A stretch of 64,000 bases of DNA from Rhodosorus marinus CCMP1338 (GCA_029953675.1 JAMWBK010000007.1:62001-126000), one strand, 5' to 3'; positions 14,690 through 27,369 are shown, numbered from the stretch's first letter. The notes: generated by a model not told the origin, from the sequence alone. Made by a program: numbers and translations.

Positions 14690-17072
14690 CTGCGGCTGTG
14701 AGTTGTTGTCGAGGATTGGGGTTTTGTTTCTTTTTCGGTCGCGAGCGTGTTCGTTTACGGGAAGCGCTTCCTCTGGTACGCCTTCCCCTCGATTTTCCGC
14801 GGGGCGTCGTTTGCATTTGCAACTACTTCTGTCTTCCGGGTGGGTGTGTTGCAGGGCCTTTCCTATTTGGGTTGGGTTTGGTCGATTATTCTCTCGGTGC
14901 GGTTTCATATTGGTGGTGCAACGTTTCCTTTGCGCATTCCCCCTCAGGATGGTAGGGATATCTCCGCGCTCGACGGAGCCTCCTCCCAAGGAGGCACTGC
15001 CAGGTGGGGGACTCCGTGTTCGCCTCAGCTGCGGCACGTTTTCTTCCGAGGTTGACTTGGAAGGCGCTTCTGGCACCCAGGCGCGTGCACTTATCTCCGC
15101 TGTCACCAGCCTGATCACGGCTGCGAGTGATCGTGGAGTGCTCCCTCAGCTGACCCAGAAGCTAGGTGGGCTGGAATCGGGATTGCTGGCCAGGTCAAAT
15201 TCAAATTCGGACGAGAACTTGAATTGCCCCAGAGTGGCAGCGTTGGCTGAAGGCAGTCAACATCAGGTCAATCAACATGAACCTGTCCCGGGACAGGCGA
15301 GGGCGGTTGCTTCTGCGCGGGACAGTACGACGTTGGGGAGCGGCAGGCCGGGCAAAACGCGCTTCAGCGCTCGGGGACTCGAGGCAATGGTGGTGGTGAC
15401 TGTGCGGCAACCGGTGTGGAGGAGACTGCAGCTGTGGACTTCCCTCTCTTGGACTAGCCATCAGGTGGTCACCAGCTCCTGGCTACTGCGGGGGCACGTG
15501 GTGGCCGCAAGGGGGGGGCTTCGTACGCCTCAGTCTTGCGGAAGGGCACCACTTCCACACGTACGGCGGCTATGCTCCGTTTCCTACCATCTCGCGAGCC
15601 TCAGGATGGACCTGTGGAGACCACCCTCCAATTTCTGTGGGTGCGAAATGTCCGGCCCCAGACTACAAGAGGCCAGGTTCCGTCTATGCGAGACTTCCGG
15701 GACACTTTTGCGGAATCGTTAGGGTGCAGCCGGGGTGATTTCTTCTTCGCAAACTATGAGGGCCGCGATGTGCTCTTTTTGGTCTCCGCAACCGCCGCCA
15801 AGTACCTGGAGGCCTTGCTGGCGAAGCCTACCGAGCAGTGGCCTGAGAGCGCCCGGTGGCTGCGCTGCAACCCGCAGGTGGTTTTGCACTTGGATTTTGA
15901 CCGTTTCTCCGGCAATTTCCCGTCTCCGGGAGAAACGGCAGGGCTCTCTGAGCATGAGAGCAGCGTGAAGGCGGCAGCGATCCATTGGCTACGGATTCAG
16001 CGCCTTGAGAGGATCTTGTTGGAGCGGTTCCGGTCGGGCCTTCGTCACCCGCGCATGGCGGTGTCCAGCTTCTTCGATCTGGAGAGGCGACTTGTGCTGA
16101 CTTCGCGCTACAAGACAGAGCTGCAGCGGTTGGGGATTTTGGAGGGCTCTGCTTCCAGCACTACTTCCAGCGAGAATGGTGAGGCAGGGGAGCAGACTGA
16201 GGGCATGGCGGTGGAGGACGACCAGGCTACTTTGCTGAAGCCCGCGGGATCCGTTCCGCGAGCCTCGCGGAGTGGGCGGCTCACGACTTTGGTGCGGATA
16301 GGAGGTAAGAAAGCGAGGACCGACTCCCCCGGTTCTAAGGGGGAGAAGCACGATTAGCGCTCCAGGCACGGCTGCGAGGTCGCAGCCTATGGATCTACAG
16401 TCTTATGTCCTGAAGGAGGGCGGAGACTGGGGCATTTGGCGTACGCGTTTTCGGAGTTGGCTCCGGCGGTGGATTTCTTTGGAAGGAGGCTCGCTTCCCC
16501 TCCGTGGGGGCATTCCCCCAGTCGTCCTCCCTCGTGGAGACCTTCTAGTAGCTGGAACCATTCTCGATTTCATCTTCACGAGCCTGGCCCGTAACATTCG
16601 GGACACAGTCATTTGGGTTTTTCTGGGGGTCATGCCGCGCTGATTCTGGCCCCCATTCACACATCGGAGCGCGTACGAGACCGACTGGCCCTGTTCTTGA
16701 AGGGAGACTTCGAAGTACTACAGCGCAGCTATTTGGCATCGTCAGCACCATCCGCCCGTCGGACTCGGCGTGGCACAGTGTCGCCCGTGCCGGCTCAGAA
16801 ATTGGTAGCAGTGGGCGATTTAAGTCGAGCGGCGCGGGTTTTGGAGGGCCAGGCGCCTGTCCTCCCCTACGATGATAGTCTCGCCCAGACGGTGTCGTCT
16901 TTGTTCCCTGAGACTTGTCCCCTGAATTCGAGGTATTCTTGGACCGTCCGGAGTTGGCCAGGTTTCGCATCGATTTGACGCTCAGTGAGTCTGACTTGGA
17001 GGATTTGCTTCGTACCTCGCGTCGGGGACGCTGTCCCGGACCCTCCGGACTAAGAACAGAGCTATTGCAGCC
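14690..17072 (+). mobile_element. Family A copy A4 (5' UTR, ORF1, start of ORF2), 3'-truncated
   Basis: ORF1 MVGISP starts at 14949 and ends GEKHD* at 16357. ORF2 MDLQSY starts at 16389 and breaks off after LRTELLQ. Start coordinate is approximate. Confidence 0.88.
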
Positions 17073-17127
17073 CGAACAGCATCCGCATGCTTCTGATCAT
17101 CTCAGCTCAGTTCAACGCCAGACCAAC

Positions 17128-20100
17128 GTAACCGTAAGCTTTACTGGGCAGCTGCCTACTGCAGCGCAACACTACGTCTAATCCTATCTAGGGAGAAACT
17201 TACTGGAACCCCGCTAGCGGGGTCTCATGCTACGTTCAAAAGAAAAAACAGGCACCAGCGGATTCTCCAACTGGTCCACGCGCAAAGCGCCTAGTGCTAT
17301 CTCTGCGTTACCTCGCCATAGTTGCCGGTTTATCTGCGATCTCAGGTCTCTCAGCTCCTCACTCCTCTGCAGTAAGTGTTTGCAGCTGTCGCGGAGGAAC
17401 TCTTGTGCCATTTGCCCCGTACGCCCAAACGTCTCTATCGCTATCGGGATGAACTTGTCATCCGGTTTCTCCATCACCATCGCTTCCTTGTAGTGAGCGA
17501 TTTTCCACTTCTCCGCAGCTCTCGCCGCGTATCCGCTATCATCTTGGCTCCGCCGCAAATATTTTCCCTGTAATGGTGACACCACGGTCACATCCAGCGC
17601 ATACCTTTGTTCGGTCCTCGGATGCCTGGCAACGATATCAGGTCGCAGTCCGTAGTTCTCGAAGTACCCCTCAGGTTCTTGCTCTACGTCCATGAAGTTC
17701 CATCGCCTCAGCCACCGTGCCAGCTCTCTGCAGATTTCGTCGTGCCTACGTTGCCACAGTCCAGTTGATGTTGGGCAGTGATGAAACCGTTGTACCCCAG
17801 TCCTTCCGTGTTTACTCCGGCAACTAGTGCACTTCTCGGTGGTCCGCAATCCCGTAATTGGCAGCCCCAGCAGTTGTCGAACGTTTACCTGCATCTCAAC
17901 CGCACTCAATTTTTTCGGTGTCAGCGTTAGTATTTCACGCAGCCAGACTCCCGACCCGGATCCCGCGGCGGACCGTATTCGAGCTCGGTTTTCAGGGGAG
18001 ATTCGTGGGGTTGATGACCAACCTTTGGAATGCACAATGGTGTGCCTCTCGAGAGAGGGTTTGTTGTATTGAACCATTATTCCAAGCTGCAGTCTCGCCC
18101 GGTGCGCTTCGAAGAGATGTTTCTCGCGGTTGTTGCAGGGTAGTCAGTGCCAAGATCCGCGGCGGGGTTTCTGGTCCGAGCCTCCGTTGTATTGCTCGCG
18201 ACGATGCACAGATCTGATCCGCCAGCTGTGCAGTCGACCAGCGTTGCTCCGTCGGCTCGTATGTGTCTGGTGAGCGTTCTGCCGAAACCTCCCGCTCTAG
18301 TTCAGTCAGGTATGGCCATTCATCTTCATTGTTCCGGAAGGTGTTTCTCCATGACAAGTAAAACGCGATGGGTTGGACGCGCTTTCGAGTAGCGAAACCC
18401 AACCCCCCCCCCCAGCGGCAGGGCAGAGCGATTTGGTCCGAGATCAGCTCTGCGTACTCGTCGTCCTCTACAGCTGCCGTAGCGAGGCCTCCGAATAGAA
18501 TTTCCAGATGATATCTGGTCATCACATCGGCCTCGCGTGCCAGAGTTCTTCCAAACTCGTATGCGAGGCATCGTAGAACATAATCTAGCCGCGCTTCCGC
18601 ACAGAACCTGAAGAGGGCAATTTGCGTCGTAAGCTCCGGTTGTGGGAGCTTGGCAATTTCCTCAAAGAGTTTCTCATGCTTATTTTGCAGCCCCCGGCAC
18701 TCCTGTTCGATATATTCTCGGCTGCCTATCGGTATCGAGTGGATGGTGACTCCGTCTCTGGTCACTTGGACTCCAGGAATCTCATGATTGACCACTCGCG
18801 TGGTAGTCAGTGTTCGCCCGTACACAGTGCACTTGCCGAGTTGCAGGCGTGCTCAAAGAGAGGGGAGCACAGTTTTTGCCCATGCCAGGGGTGCCTTCAA
18901 GGCTTGTAGCGGCCCGACAATCGTGATATCGTCGTGGATAGCAACAATCGTTTCGTTGGGGAACTTGGCTCGCAACGCTCTTAGAAAGGGCGCAACGCTC
19001 TTGGAAAGGGCGCCAGGGATAGTCCGTGCAGCACCGGCCCCAGTGGATCTCCCTGTTGGACTCCTGTAGCTCCTTGGAGGTCAGACGAGAGGTGTCGGTT
19101 TCGCTCTGTCCAGGGGCAGATCGCCAGCCACAGAGCGTCGGTGAGTCCGCGTTGTCGCTTCCATAGCCAAGTCTATACACTGGTGCAAGCTCCGGGAAGT
19201 GCTCGTCCACCAGTTTCTTGGCAAGGCGTCGGTCGATGCGATTAAAGGCATTCTTCAGGTCTAGCCGAAGGACCACCGAATCGGGTTCACATGACAAATG
19301 GGCCTGGATCGCGTGAAGTGAGCGTTCGCACCCGCCACTTACTCCAATACCCAGTTGTAAGGGCACCAGGAGCTCACGCACCCTGTCCATAACCGCGTGA
19401 AGAGTCCATGGCGTTGCTACCTTGCGCAAAACTTCTGGTACTCCGATAGGGCGAACTCCGGGATGTTCCGGCGGCACTGAACCCTTGTAAGGCTTCGCGA
19501 ACGGCAGGAGTCGACTGCTGCGAAGGGCGCGGGTCAGAGCCGTGGAAAATTTCTCTGGAGCGGTCGCCAGTTGTCGCAATACACGAATCAACGCCACTGC
19601 CTCTGTTGAGTTTCACCTTGGAGGTGTTCCGCTCCGAGACCGCTAGGGCCTGAGCTCTTGCCTTGAGGAAGACGTGCCACGATCGACATGAGGCCCTCGT
19701 CGGCCGCTTTTCTTGAATCCCACCGCCGCTTAAGTGTTTCGGTATTCAGAGCGAGCAAAGATTCCAGGGCTTGTGCAATCTCGTCTGGTAAGTCACCTCC
19801 CGCCGGGTCGGGAAAGAGCGCTTGAGGTTGTCTCCACGTAGCCGCGGTAAAAGGTGCCATATCGGTGGCCTGTAGGCTCCGAGCTGCATCTGAAAGGCGG
19901 CCAAGGTGTGCTAGTTTCAACGCTCGCTTGTGGCGCCCGAGATGTTGGCATCGAACCGCTTTAGCTCCTTGTGGTGCGGTAGTATGCGACAGCATAGACG
20001 CCTTGTCCTCTACAGCGCTCCAGACCGTAGAGAATTCTCCTTCAAGCACGTGCGATACCTGAATGCCAACATCAAGTGCAGAGTGTCCAAGGACAAGGCC

Positions 20101-21490
20101 TGGAAGTCCGACAAGAAGCAGGCTGGCGTTTGTTGGTGCGGTGCTCTCCATAGAGAGCTCTAATGCAGCACGGAAGAGGCAGCTCCATGTATGGACCTGG
20201 CCGCGTGGCACAAATCGCCGTGTGGGAACCGGGCAGAGTGTAAGGCGCGTCCACTGCCTGCCTCCTTCCGTGATGTCGTCGACGAAGACGCTCCACCGTC
20301 TGATCCAGTCTTGACGATCCGAGAAGAACAGAGGCTCGTCGCGGCGTCGTTTGATTCCCCTACGTCTGCTCGGCATTATTGCGCTGGGTTTTCCTGGCTC
20401 TCCTCGTGTCCATCGTGTGATGGTTGCCGTCAAGGGCAACCTGTGTCACAGTGGTATCCTGTGGAGTCTCCTCGGATGCCGGAGTCATCTCAGTATCCGG
20501 TGCGGTGCCATCGGCGGATACTCGCGAGCGCTTCTGTTGAGGTGGCTCCGGAAGGTTGCAGAGGAGCTCCGCATGGGGATTGTCCTCGTGTGCTGCGTGC
20601 TCAGGTACTTGGGAAGTCGCGCTGGTCTCAACCGGGGCGTCAACTGTCCCACGTTCTGCCTGTACATCCCCTGGAAGGGACGAGGCTTCAGGGTCTGCGT
20701 TCGAAGCGGCTGCAGGCCCCGGGGGTTCCGCGCACTCCCCGGGTACCTCAGGCGGATGTTGTCTGGCTTTTAGGAGCTCTAGTCGTCCCTCCAGATACTC
20801 GTAGAGCGCTGCGAGAGTGTGGAAGGAGAGTTGTCGCCTGCGGATCCTCGAACGAATGCGGAGAAGCTGCTCGATGGCCCGCTTCAGCGTGTGGGCAGCG
20901 ATATCCCCGGGAGCGATGGTCTGACGTTCGAGGTAACCCAGAAGGTTGTCTGGGTCCAGCACCTGGCCAGTGTAAAGGCTTACTTGTCGATCGTCGTGTC
21001 GTTGTGTGAAGGATCCGAAAATCCCAGTCCGGAAAACTCCTCGGGAGACGGCACTTTGGAGAATCGGAATTGCGTCTGGATGGCACAGCAGGCTTGCATG
21101 GGAGGCAATAAAGTCCACATGCGCCACATAAGAGCTGGGCATACCCATTGCTCTGCAAAGAACCGTTGTGAAGTCCGCAGGGGCCACCTCATCCAGCCTT
21201 GGGGGTCGGACATTCCGTAACGTCGCGAGGACTGGAGCAACATCGGGTCCCCAGCCAGACCCCCCGACCGTAGCGTGCAAATGCCGCAGGGCAGCCTGCT
21301 GGGTCTGGGGTCCGGGGAGTCCAGAAGTTCTGGAACGAGCATCTCCTCCTCTCCCTGGTTCTTTCTGAGCTGCAAACTCGGCGAAGGTTGGCTTTGTAGG
21401 GCCCTCCCCGATGGCTGGGAATGCCTCCGCATAGTGTCCTAGATCCCGGACACCTGTCCCTCCCTGGGGCGCAGGGGGCCGGGTTCCTAA
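17128..21490 (-). mobile_element. Family C non-LTR retrotransposon copy C1, near full length (ORF1 + RT-RLE), frameshifted
   Basis: ORF1 at 20360-21280 (LRNVRPP). ORF2 has VRPIGVPE, LRLDLKNAFNRIDR, TGVQQGDPLGP, AIHDD, ALPCRWGGGLG, CTSC..HHC, RRHDEI, RPDIV, LDVTVVSP and FIPIAIETFG. 3' end is CAGTAAAGCTTACGGTTAC. Confidence 0.92.
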
Positions 21491-22796
21491 ATCATGGACG
21501 TCATAACTTCCTGGCAGTCAACCGTTACGTAACCACACTCTGATCCAGCTCCGGCTCCAGCTGGGGACCGAATTCTGGCCCGGTCTTCAGCCAAATTTGC
21601 CCGTGGGATACCAGTTTTTGGAAAGCTGCATGGTGTGCCTCTCTGGAGAGGGTTTGTTGAATGGAACCATGTTTCCACGCTGGGGGATCGGCTTCTTCTG
21701 CGCCTGGGGCGGTTTCGGTTTTCTGCCCCAGGGTGGCCAGGTTCTTGATACGCTCGGGGGCATCTGGGCGCAGTCTGCGTTGCGTTGCTTGTGCAGAAGC
21801 GCGGATTTGGTCAGGAAGCTGGGCCGGTGACCTTTGAATTATCCTCTGTTTGTGGGTGTCTGCATGCACTTCCGAAGATGATTGCTCTTGTACCTCGGTG
21901 AGGTATGGCCATTCCCCGTGACTACCTTTGAAAGCTTAACACCAAGCCGAGTAGAAGGCAATGGGCTGGATCCGTTGTCTCGTAGCGAATCCCAGTCCTC
22001 CCCATCGACAGGGGAGTGGGATCTGGTCTAGTGTAGGGTTTTCGTAGTCAGGGCCCTCTATGGCCGTAAGTGTGAGGCCTCCAAATAGCGTATCTAGGTG
22101 ATAGCGCGTCAGGGCGTCCGCCTCCCGTGCAAGTGTTCTTCCAAAGGGGTAGGCGAGGCAGCGTAGAAAGTAGTCCACGCGGGGCTCAGAACAATACCGG
22201 AAGAGGGCCAGTTTCGTAGTCAGTTCCTCAGGGAACAGGTGAACTATCTCCTTAAATGGTTTCTCGTGGTTGTTTTGTAGCCGGCGGCACTCGCTTTGGA
22301 TGTAAGCGCGTGTTCCCATCGGAATGGAATGGATGGTAACTCCGTCTCGCGTCGCCGTGACTCAAGGCATGTCGCGGCTGAGCAGTCGGGGCGTGGTCAA
22401 CGTGATGCCGTAGAAGGTGCACTTGGCAAGCTGCAGTCGGGCTCCGAGTGAGGGAAGTGGAGTCTGACCCCAGTGTATTGAATCTTTCAGTAGTTGTAGC
22501 GGCCCTACGATGGTGATTTCATCGTGAATCGCCACCATGGCCAAAACAGGGGCTTTGTTGTGCAATGCTTCCAAGAAGAGCACCAGGGAGAGCGCATGTA
22601 GGATCGCTCCCAGGTCATCTCCTTGTTGAACTCCCGTTGTGGCCAGAAGCGTCAAGCGATGGGTGTCGTCTTGGTCTGGAACGTGGTTATCACGCAATCT
22701 GAAGAGTGTAGGAGCATCCGTGCTGTCATTTCCGTAGCCAAGCCGGTACACTGCTTCCAGCTCGGGGAAATGGTGGTCCAGTATTAACTCCAGCAT
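21490..22796 (-). mobile_element. Diverged, internally deleted family C fragment C3
   Basis: Encodes TTGVQQGDDLGAILHAL, VAIHDEITIVGP, LPCRWGGLGFAT and GSIQQTLSREAHH, homologous to C1 but clearly diverged. Confidence 0.85.
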
Positions 22797-22977
22797 AGAG
22801 CTGACGCAACTTTTCGTTCAGAGATCTCGTAAAGAACAAGACAGTGGACGTGCACCATCGTTCGACAAAAGAGATGGTAGCAGATTTTCTGACGAAACCC
22901 GCTACGAGAGGAATCCATCATTATGCGGCACCAAATGTCAAGTGGGAGATGCTGAAATTAATGGTTTGGGGGGGTTA

Positions 22978-25439
22978 GATTCGTGTATTGCGACAACTGG
23001 CGACCGCTCCGGAGAAATTTTCCCCGGCTCTGACCACGCCCTTCGCAGCAGTCGACTCCTGCCGTTCGCGAAGCCCAACAAGGGTTCAGTGCCGCCGGAA
23101 CATCCCGGAGTTCGCCCTATCGGAGTACCAGAAGTTTTGCGCAAGGTAGCAACGCCATGGACTCTTCACGCGGTTATGGACAGGGTGCGTGAGCTCCTGG
23201 TGCCCTTACAACTGGGTATTGGAGTAAGTGGCGGGTGCGAACGCTCACTTCACGCGATCCAGGCCCATTTGTCATGTGAACCCGATTCGGTGGTCCTTCG
23301 GCTAGACCTGAAGAATGCCTTTAATCGCATCGACCGACGCCTTGCCAAGAAACTGGTGGACGAGCACTTCCCGGAGCTTGCACCAGTGTATAGACTTGGC
23401 TATGGAAGCGACAACGCGGACTCACCGACGCTCTGTGGCTGGCGATCTGCCCCTGGACAGAGCGAAACCGACACCTCTCGTCTGACCTCCAAGGAGCTAC
23501 AGGAGTCCAACAGGGAGATCCACTGGGGCCGGTGCTGCACGGACTATCCCTGGCGCCCTTTCCAAGAGCGTTGCGCCCTTTCTAAGAGCGTTGCGAGCCA
23601 AGTTCCCCAACGAAACGATTGTTGCTATCCACGACGATATCACGATTGTCGGGCCGCTACAAGCCTTGAAGGCACCCCTGGCATGGGCAAAAACTGTGCT
23701 CCCCTCTCTTTGAGCACGCCTGCAACTCGGCAAGTGCACTGTGTACGGGCGAACACTGACTACCACGCGAGTGGTCAATCATGAGATTCCTGGAGTCCAA
23801 GTGACCAGAGACGGAGTCACCATCCACTCGATACCGATAGGCAGCCGAGAATATATCGAACAGGAGTGCCGGGGGCTGCAAAATAAGCATGAGAAACTCT
23901 TTGAGGAAATTGCCAAGCTCCCACAACCGGAGCTTACGACGCAAATTGCCCTCTTCAGGTTCTGTGCGGAAGCGCGGCTAGATTATGTTCTACGATGCCT
24001 CGCATACGAGTTTGGAAGAACTCTGGCACGCGAGGCCGATGTGATGACCAGATATCATCTGGAAATTCTATTCGGAGGCCTCGCTACGGCAGCTGTAGAG
24101 GACGACGAGTACGCAGAGCTGATCTCGGACCAAATCGCTCTGCCCTGCCGCTGGGGGGGGGGGTTGGGTTTCGCTACTCGAAAGCGCGTCCAACCCATCG
24201 CGTTTTACTTGTCATGGAGAAACACCTTCCGGAACAATGAAGATGAATGGCCATACCTGACTGAACTAGAGCGGGAGGTTTCGGCAGAACGCTCACCAGA
24301 CACATACGAGCCGACGGAGCAACGCTGGTCGACTGCACAGCTGGCGGATCAGATCTGTGCATCGTCGCGAGCAATACAACGGAGGCTCGGACCAGAAACC
24401 CCGCCGCGGATCTTGGCACTGACTACCCTGCAACAACCGCGAGAAACATCTCTTCGAAGCGCACCGGGCGAGACTGCAGCTTGGAATAATGGTTCAATAC
24501 AACAAACCCTCTCTCGAGAGGCACACCATTGTGCATTCCAAAGGTTGGTCATCAACCCCACGAATCTCCCCTGAAAACCGAGCTCGAATACGGTCCGCCG
24601 CGGGATCCGGGTCGGGAGTCTGGCTGCGTGAAATACTAACGCTGACACCGAAAAAATTGAGTGCGGTTGAGATGCAGGTAAACGTTCGACAACTGCTGGG
24701 GCTGCCAATTACGGGATTGCGGACCACCGAGAAGTGCACTAGTTGCCGGAGTAAACACGGAAGGACTGGGGTACAACGGTTTCATCACTGCCCAACATCA
24801 ACTGGACTGTGGCAACGTAGGCACGACGAAATCTGCAGAGAGCTGGCACGGTGGCTGAGGCGATGGAACTTCATGGACGTAGAGCAAGAACCTGAGGGGT
24901 ACTTCGAGAACTACGGACTGCGACCTGATATCGTTGCCAGGCATCCGAGGACCGAACAAAGGTATGCGCTGGATGTGACCGTGGTGTCACCATTACAGGG
25001 AAAATATTTGCGGCGGAGCCAAGATGATAGCGGATACGCGGCGAGAGCTGCGGAGAAGTGGAAAATCGCTCACTACAAGGAAGCGATGGTGATGGAGAAA
25101 CCGGATGACAAGTTCATCCCGATAGCGATAGAGACGTTTGGGCGTACGGGGCAAATGGCACAAGAGTTCCTCCGCGACAGCTGCAAACACTTACTGCAGA
25201 GGAGTGAGGAGCTGAGAGACCTGAGATCGCAGATAAACCGGCAACTATGGCGAGGTAACGCAGAGATAGCACTAGGCGCTTTGCGCGTTGGACCAGTTGG
25301 AGAATCCGCTGGTGCCTGTTTTTTCTTTTGAACGTAGCATGAGACCCCGCTAGCGGGGTTCCAGTAAGTTTCTCCCTAGATAGGATTAGACGTAGTGTTG
25401 CGCTGCAGTAGGCAGCTGCCCAGTAAAGCTTACGGTTAC
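22978..25439 (+). mobile_element. Family C copy C2, 5'-truncated, near-identical inverted twin of the C1 3' half
   Basis: ORF translations 23741..24574 and 17992..18825 are identical. It shares the same 3' terminus as C1. Confidence 0.92.
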
Positions 25440-25696
25440 CAAACAGACTGAAGTTTGAAGATTGACATCATTTACGTGGAGCTTCAGAGAAGCATTCCAC
25501 AGGTGCAGATCAGCTGCCATCTGTTCGCAGGATAACCCGCCTTCGAAGGCAGACTATTTGCGGGGTTGGAACTAAGGCGTTTATTCGCTAATTTGAGGAA
25601 AACAGCACAAATGGGAAACAAGACCGCCAAAGCCGAAGATCACGAGCCTCCAAAATACTACTGCAACAGAGAGAGTGCTGCGGGGTCGAAGGGCAT

Positions 25697-27001
25697 TTAC
25701 GTTAGTGGGCGAGTGCCGCATTGAATTTGAACAGTCCAGTCCCCCAACTCTCCGTCGAGCTCGATATCGCCTGTGAACACGAAACCTCCACCGTAGTCGT
25801 CACGACAGAATTTCACAAGTGTCGAGCCACCGTCATCGCTGTTATGGGAGAAGGTCCCGAGATCGAAAACTTCAGTGCCTCCGATTTCTAGCTGCAGATT
25901 TTCCACACTTACGATGGCTGAATTCCCCGGTCCACCTTCTGCTCTAATCAAGAGCTCACAGATTTCGTGATCCTTAACATCGCCAGTAACAGGGTCTATT
26001 ATAGCACCACTACGATTAATCCCAGTAGTAGAACTACCCGTAGCATAAACAAGACCCAGGCTGAGTCTGAGACGCTGTGACGACGGATCGTAGCTAAAGG
26101 TAAAAGGAGAAATCCGTTTCAGACCAGCTCGTCCAATCCTATTCGTAGAAGCATCTTCGGGATCCCCGACGTGAACAAGTATATCCAAAGCGTCCGAAAA
26201 AACCCTTCCTGTGCTGAAATATGCGCCGTTCAAGTCGATCTCGCAAGGTCGAGGGGGGGAAAGAAGGGCAATTCGGACGATACCCGCGGGCACTTTCTCG
26301 CATGTCGCGGCCTCTCCGGGTTTGCACAGTACCGTCAGTCGCTCGAATGATGACGAGATAAACTGGGCCTTTTTCCAGCTCGGAAGGCATCTCTGACAAT
26401 TGGGGGTCCTCTCGCTCAAGTACCAACCTCTGCACCTCAGATCGCGAGTGAGCTCGCAGGACTCCTCCGCAGATTCTACAGAAACTTGACGGGTACTGCA
26501 CTGCACGTCGACGGGAGCATCCCCGCACGAATCATCGTCAACCGTGGTGAGCACCGCATTATCGGGAAGCCGGTTCTCGAGTTCAGCCGCCCAGTCCGCG
26601 TTCCAGCCCTCGGGCTCTGAGCATTTAAACGCACAGCGAAGTTCTCCATCAACTTTGCAGCATTCCAAGTCGTAGGTCTCCGTCGACTCGTCCCCTCTGG
26701 GACCATCGTAGCATTGGTTGCATTGCTCGCCAGTGCAGTTTGGAAAGGTCTGCACGTTGTCGCAGCTTTCATCGCAGCACTGGGTGCAAATATCCTCTGG
26801 ATCGGGATTCGGCAGACCCATCTGCCCCCAATACAAATCGTCACATTCCTTGTTGAATTTCTGACTCAGCGGCTCGCACGAGTCGTTAAGAATGCAAACG
26901 TTCTCGCAGGTGAATTCGGTGCACGGGCGTGCACTTGTCCAAGTACCAGCCGCAAAAAGCGCAAACATCGGCAACACTAGCAAGAATCTTACCGGCAACA
27001 T
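25697..27001 (-). CDS. Secreted Cys-rich protein of unknown function with a C-terminal beta-rich domain (434 aa from the likely start)
   Basis: Uninterrupted ORF. Signal-peptide-like MLPVRFLLVLPMFALFAAGTWTSA starts at 27001. The N-terminal half is Cys-rich and acidic. Confidence 0.8.
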   Translation of the reverse strand: MLPVRFLLVLPMFALFAAGTWTSARPCTEFTCENVCILNDSCEPLSQKFNKECDDLYWGQMGLPNPDPEDICTQCCDESCDNVQTFPNCTGEQCNQCYDGPRGDESTETYDLECCKVDGELRCAFKCSEPEGWNADWAAELENRLPDNAVLTTVDDDSCGDAPVDVQCSTRQVSVESAEESCELTRDLRCRGWYLSERTPNCQRCLPSWKKAQFISSSFERLTVLCKPGEAATCEKVPAGIVRIALLSPPRPCEIDLNGAYFSTGRVFSDALDILVHVGDPEDASTNRIGRAGLKRISPFTFSYDPSSQRLRLSLGLVYATGSSTTGINRSGAIIDPVTGDVKDHEICELLIRAEGGPGNSAIVSVENLQLEIGGTEVFDLGTFSHNSDDGGSTLVKFCRDDYGGGFVFTGDIELDGELGDWTVQIQCGTRPLT

Positions 27002-27045
27002 GACGAACAGCGTTTCTGTACAACAACCTCCCAACCAAACCAGAT

Positions 27046-27176
27046 ACAGCTTGCTTCCTCTCCCGCCCTGCTCGCCCCCACCCGCTCGCGCTCTTAGGAT
27101 ATGGGCGCAAGGTACTATGTAACCCCACAGCAGCGCCGAACGCGCCCTGCTTTGATGCTTTGGAGGCGCGCGACCT
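27046..27176. repeat. About 130-bp block duplicated at about 29298-29440
   Basis: TACAGCTTGCTTCCTCTCCCGCCCTGCTCGCCCCCACCCGCTCGCGCTCTTAGGATATGGGCGCA...GGAGGCGCGCGACC is present in both places. Confidence 0.9.
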
Positions 27177-27369
27177 CCCGCTTGAAGCGTCTTTTTCGTT
27201 GAAAACCAAGTCAGTCAACATCTCAAATGATTGACCAAGGAGTCTCAGTCCATATCAGAGCAGTGGTCATTGAGATTACACCACCTCACCACCTGCCGGG
27301 CAAACGCCCGGATGCTAGTCTCGCATGCTAATCCGAGCGTTAGACCTTTCCATCCGAATGTAAGCGTGG

